A stretch of DNA of 63,244 bases, counting the filler, from Perkinsus chesapeaki ATCC PRA-425 (taxonomy: Eukaryota; Protista; Perkinsozoa): NCBI GenBank assembly GCA_013115145.1. It is 6 parts of 6 records of this genome, joined end to end, with 100 filler letters (N's around TTAATTAATTAA, not from the genome) between each part and the next. Parts side by side here need not be neighbours in the genome. Positions count along the whole stretch, not along the records: positions 1 to 28,537 come from JAAPAO010000470.1; 5 more parts are not named here. One strand, 5' to 3'. The notes below the pieces were generated by a model that was not told the DNA's origin, made no database searches, and saw only the letters and a list, made by a program, of their open reading frames with translations. The position numbers and the translations under genes were made by a program. Below are positions 11,603 to 23,546 of the stretch, piece after piece. How positions within the stretch are numbered: the stretch's first letter is position 1; each line of letters starts with the position of its first letter.

Positions 11603-14600
11603 ATGCCGCAGCCAACTACCGCTGCTTCCAGCCGAGGGTCGGGAGCGCCCAAGCTGGAGAACGCCCCTGTGGACTTGGCGTCGTGGAGGGGCTCTATGCG
11701 AAGGGAGCTGTTGGATATATTACATGATAAAGTGCAAGGGACGAAGACGATGTAATAGGGCTGGGGCGAAAGCTACGGCGGGCGGTGGTGCACTCTAGGA
11801 GGGCGATTGGAAAAGGGGCTAGTGAAGAGGGTCTATGTTCGCAGTCGATAGCCATATGAGAACTAGTTCAGTAACCTATAAGTAATAAAAGCATCGGGGC
11901 TTCAGACTCCTCGATGCCATCGAGTTATACTTGCGAATAGAGGACTGTGTTGAATTGCAAACGAGGAGAGTACTCGTAGTGGAAAGGGCGGGGGGAATGC
12001 CCCGTGGCAAGTGTTGTTACACTTGAAGGTACCTGGACCCGTGTATCTCTCCCGAGCTATCCTTGCTCGTTGAGGTTGAAGATTTGAAGTCCCATGGTGT
12101 CCAGCTGTGGCGAAAGCTGGATCCGGAATCCTCGGGGGATGCGGCGGCAGCGCAAGATTCCAAACAGGTCGGATTGATGCCCACGCCATAAGCTACGGGT
12201 GTTCAGATCATTTTTATGATTCATGCTCAAAGTGCTAACACATTGAAGATGGTTGATCTATTGGCGGCAAAAATCCTTGCCGATGATGAGCGGATGAAGG
12301 CGAAGGGGCCGAATACCTTCGACAGAACGTAGTACGTTGGCTGAGGAGCACCGCGTCTGGAAGATCTTTCTTGTAGGTACTACCTCATTTGCGTGCCTTA
12401 TGTGTCTCATCTTGTGCTGGACCGTCTTAAGCAGCGGCAGGTCCTGTCTAGTATCTCCGAAGTAGAGCCCCTTCATCTTATGGGCCTGTGCCTCGACGGG
12501 GACGTTGTCTCAATCGATCAGCCTGGTGAGCTATACGGACAGCTCGCAGTACCAGACTTGTGAGCTTCGCCAGGTGCCTTCCGGGATTTCCACGTCCGTT
12601 CCAACCCCACTTCGCTGTCGTTGCTTGCGGAGACTTTGCATGATCTTCAGCGGAACTTCGGTGCTGGTCTGGGAGTCTCTCGGCAGGCGGGTAGCACTGC
12701 TCGGGGCTCGTGGCTGGGATTCATTGGCGGCTTTCCTTCGAGGTCGAAGAGTCCTGAAAATGAACGCTATTGGAACCGCGGCGAAGTACGTGGTTGATTA
12801 TGTGCTGCGGCTCGCTAAGGAGGATGACGAGGCAGGGGCTCCTATGGATGCCGGCAGCAAGGGCTTCACCAGTGACAAAAACGACTGGTAAGTAGGCTGG
12901 CAGAGGTGATTGCGTTTAGTATGTCTTTGCAAGGTCGCAGTCGAGGCCTAGGGCACCCCCGATCGGACATTTGGTAACACCTGACACAGATGCTGGGACG
13001 ACGGGGGCAACAAGCGCCCAAGGAGGCCGACGGAAGGCACTACTCCCCGAGAGCGTCACGAGCAAGGGGCTCAAGATCGACGAGTTTATTGTGTTGGACC
13101 GACGGACTGATTTATACTCGGTCCTGTGCACACAGTTCACCTATGAGAGCTTGTTGGATAGGTGCTTGGGCATCAAATACGGGTAAGGGGCAAAGTCGAG
13201 CACACTGCCCTCTTTACTGCCCTTCGATCTACAACAGACAAAAGCTGACTTGGCACTGCCAGCGAAACTAGAGCTTCGTGTTTTGGCAAATGGCTGTTTT
13301 CTCATCACGGCTTTATCTGGTTTCGTATTCTGAGCGTCAGTGAAATCGGCCAAATGAAATGGTCGAGAGAACGAATTGACATTTCTCTGACGAGTTCGGC
13401 TCTTCTCTACTACTAAGGGATCGACCGAGTTTTTGTGCGGCACCTCTCTCGCCGTGGAATACTCTTGAGCCGTTGGTGCTGGGGTTGCCCTCTGATCTGT
13501 CATACCATCGAGGCCTGTTGAGAACAGCGCATTTAGTAGCATTCAAATGTCTCGCTGGTGTTAGTTACGTTGAAGTCGGAGAACCGATTCTCCCGGAAAA
13601 GAAGACTGTGGTGTTGAATTCTAACGACAAGCTCTTTGACCGTGTCCGTGATTTACGTATGGAAGTTCTAGGGCCATTGCTGCACAAGAAAGCCAGTCAG
13701 ATTCAGGAAACGTAAGTCCGGTGCCGGATGGTTGTGGCATGTGAATGCTTCACTCGCTGCATCTGATGCGGGCTGTTTCACCTCATCGACTGGGACTCCC
13801 AGGCTGGGAGCTAGTTGGCCGTGGAGAACTACTTAGTTGTTTTCATTCGATAGTATTGATTCTAAACGGTTTGAGCTGTGGGACTTTACAATCGGCGACG
13901 GAGCGGAGGAGACGAAGAAATGTGTGCCGTGGTCGCAGGTACAGTGAGAAGGACAAGCTGTCTGATATACCTCAGATGAAGGTGTACATGGACAAGTTCA
14001 AATCAGCCCAAGCGGAGCATGCCTCTTTGGCGGACCATGTTAACCTGGCAAGTTTCACCAGTGCCCTTACACAGATGCCATGGTTCCAACAGCAGTGGCA
14101 GGTAGGGATGTAGACCACCTTATGACTCTGTTGTGTGGTAGGGACCGCCCCAGACTCTCTTGCTCAGTATCCAACAACCCCTAGTAGAGTAGCCTAGTCA
14201 TCACTCAGCCCTTATTCTCATAATATGTAGTTCGTTCTCTCTCTCAACATAATCGTATCACCGCTCAAGTAGAACCCCGTATAGTTGTTCCATCACCTCA
14301 GGTCGAGGATGGTCTCATGTCCGGCGCTGTGACACCGAGTCAGCTGCTCGACATTTTAAACGATATGATGGAGCCCAACCTACCCGAGCCCCCCAAGGAC
14401 GGTCAGCAGCCGGTAAGTGCCTGCAGCTGCTGCGCCACTTCGAGCGGCCCCATCAGGTCCCGGGCTCCCAGCCAGCTGACCGGGTGCTCCGCCTCCTCTG
14501 TCTGTGTAGTGCAGTTAATGGTGGAATAAAGGCGAAACTGCTGAAGTCTGTTACGAAGAATCTAGTGGAATGGTACGCAAAGCTTTCGAGGAGGACCAGC

Positions 14601-15320
14601 GTGCTGGTCAGGTATGGCCCGAAGTTGATCATCCCTCTGCTGTATAATCTGATCGACTGTGGCCTTCTGAAAGTCTCCAGTGACAGCGGGGCGGACCTGG
14701 TGTCGAGTGGCTCCGGGAAGTGGCAGCGCATCAAGCAGGCGTTCAATCTGGTTGTTGCCGGCGATGGCTCTGATGGAGACGCCGCAGCATCAGACTCAGG
14801 TAGCTGGATTTTTGCAGGAGATTCGGGAATGATCTGATGTCAGATGGTACGGTTGCGGCCGACACTGGTATTGCCTATGCGTATTCGGGCTACGCTCCGC
14901 TGTCGGTGCGACTGGTAGAGCTCACCGAGGCCGAGCCCAACGGTTGGAGAGGCGCTGCGGAGAACCTCAACCTTCTTTGGGGCCCAGCAATTGAGGTGCG
15001 CCGTGATGTCATGTGGCCGTGTTTGAAATGATTGTTAGGTCGCTTGTGGAGTAGCTCCAGAGATTCTACCGGGGAGTGTTGACCAGGACGGGACTGTTGG
15101 CAAGGGCGACAAGGCAAGCCGAACGAACCAGCTGCTGCTGGTCTACCATATCCTTCAGGTTGTTGTGGTTTGTTTTGTCGGCGGCGTGACGTACGGCGAG
15201 ATCGCAGCGCTTCGTCGACTGTCAGCGGTCGAAGGTAAAGGCCGACGGTTCCTCGTTGTCACCACTGAGATGATAAACCACGAGAAACTCTTCAATGAAA
15301 TTATTGATCATCAGCTGTAG
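11603..15320 (+). CDS. VPS33: Sec1/Munc18-family protein, VPS33-like, multi-exon
   Basis: Motifs FIVLDRRTDLYSVLCTQFTYESLLD, VLNSNDKLFDRVRDL, HASLADHVNLA, YAYSGYAPLSVRLVE and VVCFVGGVTYGEIAALRRL...VVTTEMIN are typical of VPS33. Confidence 0.85.
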
Positions 15321-15396
15321 AATTGCCCATATATTTTCTGACCAGCTCTGTGATTGCGTTATCAGCTCCGACATCTCCAGAAATCTTTTTCGTCGC

Positions 15397-16422
15397 ATGT
15401 CGCTCCTCCTCCTCCATCGCCCTGTGGTCGGTGCGGCGGCGGTCTCCAGAGGAGTGTTAGGCCGTGCCTTTAGCAGCCAAGTGTCCAAGGTGTGCCTATT
15501 GGGGGCCTCTGGGGGCATCGGTCAGCCCCTGGCATTGCTGTTGAAGATGAACTCTGCCATTAAGGAGCTTGCACTTTATGACATCAAACAGGCGGCAACT
15601 CCCTGCAAGGGTGTAGCGTCAGACATCAGCCACATTGACTCTCACGCCAGAGTGAAGGGCTACGCTGGTGACGAGGAGATCGGTGAAGCTCTTAAGAACG
15701 CCAAGCTCATTATCATGACTGCTGGTGTTCCAAGGAAACCTGGAATGACTAGAGACGACCTATTCGACATCAATGCGAAGATCGTCATGGGCCTCACTAG
15801 GGCCTGCGCCGAGCACGCACCCGAGGCGACCCTTTGTATAGTGTCCAACCCGGTAAACTCGACAGTGCCCATTGCCGCCGAGACTCTTAAGAAGGCTGGT
15901 GTGTTTGACTGGCGCAGACTGGTTGGCGTCACCACTTTGGACTCTGTGCGGGCCAACACTTTTTTCGCCGAGAAGATTAAGTTCCCCGTGGAGAAGGTTG
16001 AGGTTCCCGTCATCGGCGGCCATGCCGGCGAGACTATCATGCCCGTTTTCTCCCAGGCTTTCCCTCCCCATAAACTGGACGCTAACGTCATCAAGGAGCT
16101 GGACGAGCGTATCCAAAATGCTGGTACGGAAGTGGTCGAAGCCAAGCAGGGTGCTGGCTCGGCCACCCTCTCGATGGCCTATGCCGCCGCAGTTTTCGCG
16201 GACAAGGTCATCAATGGTCAATCTGCGTACGCTTTTGTGAAGAAGCCTATGGAAGGTGTCGAGTACTTTGCAAGCAAGTGCAAGTTCGGCGGCGACTGTG
16301 AAGTGTCCAAGGTGGAGGGTATCTCCGATCTGAACGAGTATGAGAAGGAGAGGCTTGAAGCTGTGAAGGCGAAGCTTGAACAGGATATTCAACGAGGGAT
16401 TGATTTTGCTAAGTCAAACTAA
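15397..16422 (+). CDS. MDH: Mitochondrial-type NAD malate dehydrogenase, intronless, with Arg-rich targeting presequence
   Basis: KVCLLGASGGIGQPLALLLK, TAGVPRKPGMTRDDLFDINA, IVSNPVNSTVPI, GVTTLDSVRA, IGGHAGETI, AGSATLSMAYA. The upstream ORF extension (15295) overlaps the VPS33 stop, so ATG 15397 is preferred. Confidence 0.97.
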   Translation: MSLLLLHRPVVGAAAVSRGVLGRAFSSQVSKVCLLGASGGIGQPLALLLKMNSAIKELALYDIKQAATPCKGVASDISHIDSHARVKGYAGDEEIGEALKNAKLIIMTAGVPRKPGMTRDDLFDINAKIVMGLTRACAEHAPEATLCIVSNPVNSTVPIAAETLKKAGVFDWRRLVGVTTLDSVRANTFFAEKIKFPVEKVEVPVIGGHAGETIMPVFSQAFPPHKLDANVIKELDERIQNAGTEVVEAKQGAGSATLSMAYAAAVFADKVINGQSAYAFVKKPMEGVEYFASKCKFGGDCEVSKVEGISDLNEYEKERLEAVKAKLEQDIQRGIDFAKSN

Positions 16423-16617
16423 GCAAAGTGGTGTATAGAAGTTTATGATGTTAAAAGACGAGCTCCTGGCAATAGCGTACTGTTGGTCGCCAGAGTTGAT
16501 TTTTTGATGCCTCCTCAAACCTCATTGCGTTCCCTCGAGGTTGCTAGCAGCCATCCAGCTTCGTCTCGTCTTATTGGGGCTCTCAGTTGCCACTGTCATT
16601 TCCCGTCCTAAATTTCA

Positions 16618-17702
16618 ATGTCCTCCGCAGCGGCTCGTTCATCTCTGTCTGGTAAAGTGGCTGTGGTCACTGGTGCCAGCAGCGGCATCGGCGAAGGCTT
16701 CGCCCGCCGTCTGGCCGCGGAGGGCTGTAGAGTTGCCCTGGCGGCCAGGCGTGAGGATAGGTATGCCGACCGTTTGGGCGACGCTTACAAGGGGTGTTCA
16801 GACTCAATCATATCGTGGGAGAGCTGAAGCAAGCCGGCCACACTGCCATGGGCGTGAAGACCGATGTCACCTCGCAAGACTCCGTGAAGAGCCTCTTCCA
16901 GAAGGTCTCAGCCGAGTTCGGCGCCGTAGGCAGTTTCGAGTATCCTCGTTAGTTGTTGGTGGTTAGGTGGATATAGTCGTTAACTGCGCTGGTGTTATGT
17001 ACTTCACTCTGCATAGGAGCCAGCACTGGGATGAATGGGAGAAGACCATCGACATCAACTGCAAAGGAGTGGTATGGATCATTGCACGCATGCACATCCT
17101 CATCATCGTTCTTGTCTAAGGTGTACACCTCTGGGGCAGTACTGCCCAGCATGCTGGAGCGCAAGGCTGGCCATATCATCAACGTATCAAGCGACGCCGC
17201 AGTGACGGTCTTTCCGGCTCTCGCAGTGTAGAAATTCCGACCCTTTGATGGACTCAATTTCCCTCTGTCAGTTACAACGCATCGAAGGCCTTCGTACACG
17301 TTTTTTCAAAGTCTCTGCGCGGTGAGACAGTCGGTACTGGCATCCGAGTGACCGAGCTACAGCCGGGCGACGTTGGCACCGACCTGGTAAATGCACGCAT
17401 GCGTGGCTAAGGAGAATGACAGTTGACTTAGGTTGTTAACAACACCGATGAAGATGCTGCCAAGACCATCGGCGTGACCATCGGCAAGACCATCGACGGC
17501 GGTGGAGACCGCAATTCGGTTCTCGATGTCTCCGATATAGTCGACGTAAGATCCTCTGCTGTCTCGCAGCTACGCGTCTCATCAGGCGGGTATTTTCGCC
17601 CTAACCGCGCCCGCCCATGTCGGCGTGAATGAGATCCTGATAGAGCCTCGTGACCAGATGTACGGGGACCCGACTGCAATCAACGCTGCTAGTTCCGAGT
17701 GA
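16618..17702 (+). CDS. Short-chain dehydrogenase/reductase (NADP-type, YdfG/SDR11-like), multi-exon
   Basis: [13 protein letters not shown] (TGxxxGIG), [31 protein letters not shown] (YxxxK), [27 protein letters not shown]. Confidence 0.9.
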
Positions 17703-17954
17703 ATTATCTCCTATGTTTCTCGACCTCCTCTTGCTGCGTGCTGTCAATGCTATCTTGCTGTCTTTGATGCTCTTTTAATTTCTCAGCAGTGCAGCACGCC
17801 TTTGAGACACCCTCCTCTCGTGGTGCTTCACTGATGCGGCAGCTGGTCGACTTGCTCCTCCCATTTGGTTCGTTCCCTGCCTGTTACTTCCCTACAGGGG
17901 CGGATACTCCATTGTAGGTTTTTGTTATTGTATCCGTTATAAACTACACCCACT

Positions 17955-20900
17955 ATGAAAATCATATTTTCACGTCCGTATCTGTATGCTTGCTTGATAA
18001 GCATCGTTCTGGCCAAGCCGGCTCTACTGGCACCACCTTGTGCAGCGCTGTCCCAAGATCTCACCGAGGAGTATGTCGACGCTCCTCGAGTACTTCCAGT
18101 AGGTCTCTCTCACACTTGTCACTTTATCACCGCCGCAGGCATCATCGGTGCCGAAAGGATTCGACTGGCGAAATGTGAATGGTCAAAATATGGTCACGAC
18201 TGACCGAAGCCATTCCAATCCGGGGTGAGCTCGCCTTGGTCCCCCTCGACAGACTACCTTGCAGCAGATCCTGTGCCGCTTGCTGGGCGTTCGCGCTCAC
18301 TCATACGCTCTCCGACAGAATCCGCATTCAACGTAAGGCTGCCTTCCCGGAGGTAGGGCTCCGACCTCCTTCGCCACCACTAGTGGTCGACGGTTCAGGT
18401 CAACTTGGCAGCCCAGCCGCTTCTTACTTGCGCTTATGAGGCCGGCAACGGGTGCCGCGGTGGCAGCGTGCTGGATGCTGTGCGCTACGTAAGTCAGGGC
18501 ATCAGGGCGTCTCTGAATGCCAGGCGATCAGATCAAACAGCACGGTATCACCGACGAGACCTGCTCCCCGTATCTGGGGAAGGGCAGAGATTCTGGCGAA
18601 GTTTGCCGAGGGACGACGTTGTAGCTGCCGCCTTTATCGTTCTATTTGGTGACTCTGTGCCAGGTGCATCAACTGTGATGCTGATGGCTCTTGTGGGATT
18701 CCCAAAACTTATTCCACATTCTTCGTTGACCAGTAGGCTCGGAGGAGCCTCGTCGATTACAGAAGCCCCCCGTTCAGGTATGGCATTGTTAAGGGGGAGG
18801 CTAACATACAGTCTGAAGTTATGACTCGTGGTCCAGTAGTTTGCCATATGCACGCAGACGAGACCTTCAGGGCCAAGTAATGCACGCTCCCTGTTTAGCC
18901 AACGAGAATCTGCCGCAGTTACCAGCCGGGGCAGCTCTGGGACTTCGACTACTTGCCCGAGGATGCCCAGGTGAACCATGCTGTTGAGATCGCTGGATGG
19001 GGGGAGGACGCCGATGGTGAGTGGCACTCCACCTCTGAGACAGTCGCCAATTTCTCTATCAGGTTCACCGTATTGGGTCGCTCGTTTCTCATATGGTAAT
19101 TGAACTGCCGGGCCAGACACAGTATTGACGGTGGTTTCAGGCTCCCAGTGGGGTGACAACGGCTGGGCCAAGTTGCGGCGATCGGCTAACGGCCTCATCG
19201 AGACGAGCGGCTGTGTGTGGGCCACCGTTAAGTAAGGCAAATCGACTCCTCATGACTTGCCATGTCCCTCTGTTAGTGCTGATGCATGGAAGGACTGGAC
19301 ATTATACCCCAACATAAAGTGGGAGCCCTCCCGGCTGCCCCGCGTTGTTGGATTCGATCGTTCAGATATGTTGCACCGATCGTCAATCCGACCCCACGCC
19401 ACGAGTACTTGGAATCTGTCAACACCGTGAGCGACTGGTTGACTGCTGGTTCCAGTGCTTTTTATCAGGGCGCGAACGAGCGTTATGTGATCGAGAAAGT
19501 TCTTGGGGACGGCTCCATAGTCGCCCGGAAGGCAGGCGAGCACGTAGGTGTGCACGTCGGGGACTGTGCGGCATTTTATTTTCGCAGGGCAAGGCAGCTC
19601 CCGCGGCTGAAAAGGCTCAGGAGCAAGCAGTCGTGGCGAATCCGAAGCCCTACGATATGATCCGAGACCAGAAATTCGGGGACGTAAGAGCTTCACGGGG
19701 AGCACCATGGAAGCCCGAGCTTCAGGACTACTACGCAGAGCCCTCGAACCGTGCTGGTGGCTACAAGCCCGCCGTTGTTCAGAACAGATGTATTTGAGCT
19801 CTTTTAGTCTTCTGCATCGTGCCTTTGTGTCAGGTTCTACCTACTCGATGGTATGTAGCAAGGACCCTACCTGCCAGTGCGATGCTGGCTATTATAAAGT
19901 AAGGATTGGAGACACTTGCTTTTTACGGTCTTTTTGTTAGGCATTGGATGCTCAAGCCAAGGACGGTGGTCAGTGTTATCTATGCGTAAGTTGGGACTGG
20001 CAAACGGCTGGGGAGTGCTCCTCGACAGGTCCCGCGCGTCCCAGGCGAACATGTGCCCAACGACGGAAGCGATCTTCCTGGTGAGTTCCAAACCTCTTTT
20101 CCGATGCTTCAATTTATTGCCTGTAGAATCGTGGGACTGGCGAAGTGTGGATGGTAAGAATTACCTCACTTTCACTCGGAACCAGCACAACCCTCAATAC
20201 TGCGGTGGCTGCTGGGCGTTCGCAGGTGATGCACTTTGTCATCCTCGTTTGCTCTTGATCTCGTCTTTGTAGTCACTTCTACCTTTGCCGATCGTCTCTC
20301 CATCAAGTCCGAGGCTCAATGGCCCAACAAAGCCATCTCTCCGCAGCAGGTGAGGGATCATCCTCCGTAGGCCGCCGAGCTCGAAGTAGGTCATCAACTG
20401 TCGCGGTGGTGGCGACTGTTATGGCGGCGAGAAGATCGGAGTCTATGACTTCTTCTTTGGTTTCGGAGCGGTAAGCCTCTGGGATTCGATTGAACTTCTA
20501 CGAGACCTGCTTGTCGGGGGTAAACATTGTCCCCGAATCTGCATGGAGGAAGCGTGCTCCGCTGATTGCAAAATAGTAGAACTAAGCAGGTTCTCCTTGT
20601 TCACTAACAGGTTCATGATACCTGTCACAACTACGCTGCTAAGAACTATCGGGACTTCAGCGAATGGTGCCCAGCTGAGGCCAGGTGCCTGGAGTGTGCT
20701 GAAGGAGGAGATTGCCGTCCTACGAAACACTATCGAACTTGGTAAGCCGAGTCAGGGGGTGCCTTCATCCTCGTGAACATCATAGCAGGTTCGCTCGAGA
20801 CTACGCCCGCCTTCTGAATGGAACGGATCAGATCAAGCGGGAAATATGGAAGAGAGGTCCGGTGAGCTGCGGCGTCGATGCGACCAAACAGATGGATGAG

Positions 20901-21444
20901 TGAGTGAAGCATCTATATCTCGTTCCACTTCATTCTTTAGCTACACCGGCGGTGTATTCTTCCAGGACAAGCCCGAGCCGAAGATCAATCATGAAGTAGC
21001 TCTGGTAGGATGGGGCCGAGAGGACGGCACAGGCGACAGGTGAAGTCCGTTTTATGGGCCAGCTATATAGAGCCCTCAGTGCAGTTACTGGATAATGAGG
21101 AATTCTTGGGGAACATTCTGGGGCGAAAATGGCTACATGAGGATCAAGTTCGGGAATCTTAAAATAGATTCCGATTGCAGGTCAGCATGAGCCTCTTCTT
21201 AGTCGGCGATAAGTCTCATTTCAGTTGGGTTGAGCCTGGTGACGATCCCAGCGGCAAAGTGGTCCCGAACATCCCCCTCTCGATTGGGGGTAAGCCACCG
21301 GGACGCACCTCGGTAACCGTGCCCCTCTCAGATGCCTCCACTGACTGGACCGCTGCTGAGTACTTCGAGGATGACTACTGGAAGAACGCCCCTGATTACC
21401 ATCCAGTGCCCGAAATTCTTGATGCGTCTGTTATTAGTGTGTAA
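17955..21444 (+). CDS. Secreted papain-family cysteine protease with two tandem cathepsin Z/X-like domains, multi-exon
   Basis: Hydrophobic N-terminus. Domain 1: [41 protein letters not shown]. Domain 2: [72 protein letters not shown]. Confidence 0.9.
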
Positions 21445-22627
21445 CTATTTTTGAATACATGTAAAGCCCAGAGGGGCAGTTCTGAAAATGTCTTTATCAT
21501 TATCTGTCAATTGCAACACTCATATTTTTTATTGCCAATTGTATAACTTCTAAACTCTTCTGCAATCCGCGTCCGCTACTACAGTACCATGGACGTTGGT
21601 CGACAGTGCCTCTGTGGCACCGTTAGTCGTCAGACGAGATCTGCCTCAATGGTGGTCTCCGTATTGGTCTCGGTCATGCACATAGTGTCATAGCCAGTAG
21701 TAGTAGCATTTTCTACTGTTATATGCATTGGATTCCATAAAACATCGCTCCTGTTGCGTTATTCAAGTTGTAATAGAATCGTTTAGCCAAAACAGGCTGC
21801 ACTTGAGGGATACAGTCATGGAGCGTGTGTTCGTGGAATGAGTATTTGGAGGTCGCGTGACAAGTGGGAAACGCAGAAGGGATAGTTTACTCTCCAACAA
21901 GAAGACACACAACGCTTCATCTCGAAGGTTTAGGCTCTAAGACACGTTAAGGTCCAACACGAAATGGCGCTTCACGCTGGTGCTATTGCCAAATGTGTGA
22001 TCGCCGCGCCATACTGCGCCAAATGAGTCTGGTGCTCCGTATTAAAACGGCCTCACGCGTGACACGATTGAAACTCCTATGTTAGTGGAAATCAGTGGTC
22101 AGGAGGCATTTGCGCGCGTGTCACCGGTTGAATGCTCAGTGGTACCCCACCTTCTGCGGCATACTGTTTTAGTATTCACCGAAACGGCATGTGCATATCG
22201 AGCCCTCGCACTCTTGGATGCTTCTGTACACCTCGAAATAGCCATGCGACCAACAGAGTTTATTAATAGGGAACACGGGGCATTTACAGCGAAGACCTTT
22301 GGTGGTCACTCAAGCCGGGTTAACAAGAGTAAGATTGGACAACAAGGAGGAGACTTCAACATGATTCGGCCAAACCGTAAAAGGCTAGGACTTCATAGCT
22401 TTGACAGATTATGACAATCGATTAGTAAGCCTTTGACTGGCGCCCGATGAGTCAAATGTATAGTTGAGTATCAAAACATTCCTGAAGGGAGATTGACAGA
22501 CGGACATGCAAATGGATAAAGTGCATCGTTGCAGGGAAGGGCTTTGTTAGGTGCACCGTTAATGCAGACTTTTCAAGTATAGTAATACTTACTAGGTAAT
22601 ACTACGACAAAGGAGTCAAACAGAAGT

Positions 22628-22644
22628 GGCGCTCACTGAGCGCC
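22628..22644 (-). terminator. GC-rich hairpin directly after the esterase stop codon, resembling an intrinsic terminator
   Basis: GGCGCTCA-C-TGAGCGCC palindrome. On the minus strand it is followed by ACTTCTGTTT. Confidence 0.25.
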
Positions 22645-22646
22645 GC

Positions 22647-23546
22647 TCAGTCCTTCAACATGTTGATCGGAAACTGTGAGGTACTGAAGGCATCAACCTC
22701 CCACCAAAAGTGTCCTCCAAGGTTGTTCCGAACTAAGACGACTTTAGCACCCTTATCACATCCGTGCCACTCCTCAAAGTCGAAAATGCTGCGAGATGTC
22801 TCGGATGGTTCGCCGCAGGCCATGTTAGATGCCCAGGTTTGCATGTCACCGGCAACAGAAGGGAAGTTGAAGACAAGTGAAGCAGGCCCGGAAGTATACG
22901 GAACAAGTATATCAAGTAAACCGTGAACATGGCCGATACGAGCGCCAGCAGAGTGCTTGTATGATGATCTACACGCCGCCAGACCGTCCTGCCCTTCTGT
23001 TATGATACCACTAACAGAAACAACCCTTGTTATCATATTCCGACACAACAGGCCCTCTGCCATCATCCCACCATTGCTATAGCCGACGGCATACACCGGG
23101 ATATCGGCATGTGGGCGTACAGTTGCGATAAGATCTCGCATGAAACCGTAATCGTCGATATCCTTGTTGGTCTGACAGCAACTGCCAGCATTCCACGAGT
23201 TCCACCTCAAAAACCCTGGAAGTCCACAAGGGGTAACAACCAGCCATCCGTTCTCCTCGGCACCAGTTACAATGCAGCTTTGCCTACGAAAACCTTCACA
23301 ATAGCCACTGAGATGGTGGAGGTTGAGGACCACAGCGCGGACTTGAGTTGTTGGCGTATAGGTGTAGTAGTAACGCTCTCCCTCTGGACGAGTGATACTG
23401 TTATATGCATATGAACCATTCATCACAACCTTCTGGCACTTCCAGTCGCCTATCTTTGGTACGAAGAAAGGGAAGCCAAGCTGCCTCTCATTCTCGGCTA
23501 AAGCGAGCGAAGCCAACGCGAGCAGATACAGTGCGGAAGAAACCAT
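22647..23546 (-). CDS. Secreted alpha/beta hydrolase, PHB-depolymerase/LpqC-like esterase, intronless
   Basis: Signal peptide MVSSALYLLALASLALA. WNAGSCC, DDYGFMRDLI, GYSNG nucleophile elbow, HVHGLLDILVPY (Asp) and GGHFWW (His). Confidence 0.85.
   Translation of the reverse strand: MVSSALYLLALASLALAENERQLGFPFFVPKIGDWKCQKVVMNGSYAYNSITRPEGERYYYTYTPTTQVRAVVLNLHHLSGYCEGFRRQSCIVTGAEENGWLVVTPCGLPGFLRWNSWNAGSCCQTNKDIDDYGFMRDLIATVRPHADIPVYAVGYSNGGMMAEGLLCRNMITRVVSVSGIITEGQDGLAACRSSYKHSAGARIGHVHGLLDILVPYTSGPASLVFNFPSVAGDMQTWASNMACGEPSETSRSIFDFEEWHGCDKGAKVVLVRNNLGGHFWWEVDAFSTSQFPINMLKD

Noticed and set aside
15660-16392. Long antisense ORFs (168 and 210 aa) over MDH, and similar ones over FBA and PRP40
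   Set aside because: Shadow ORFs caused by G/C-ending codon bias of the sense gene; no motifs.
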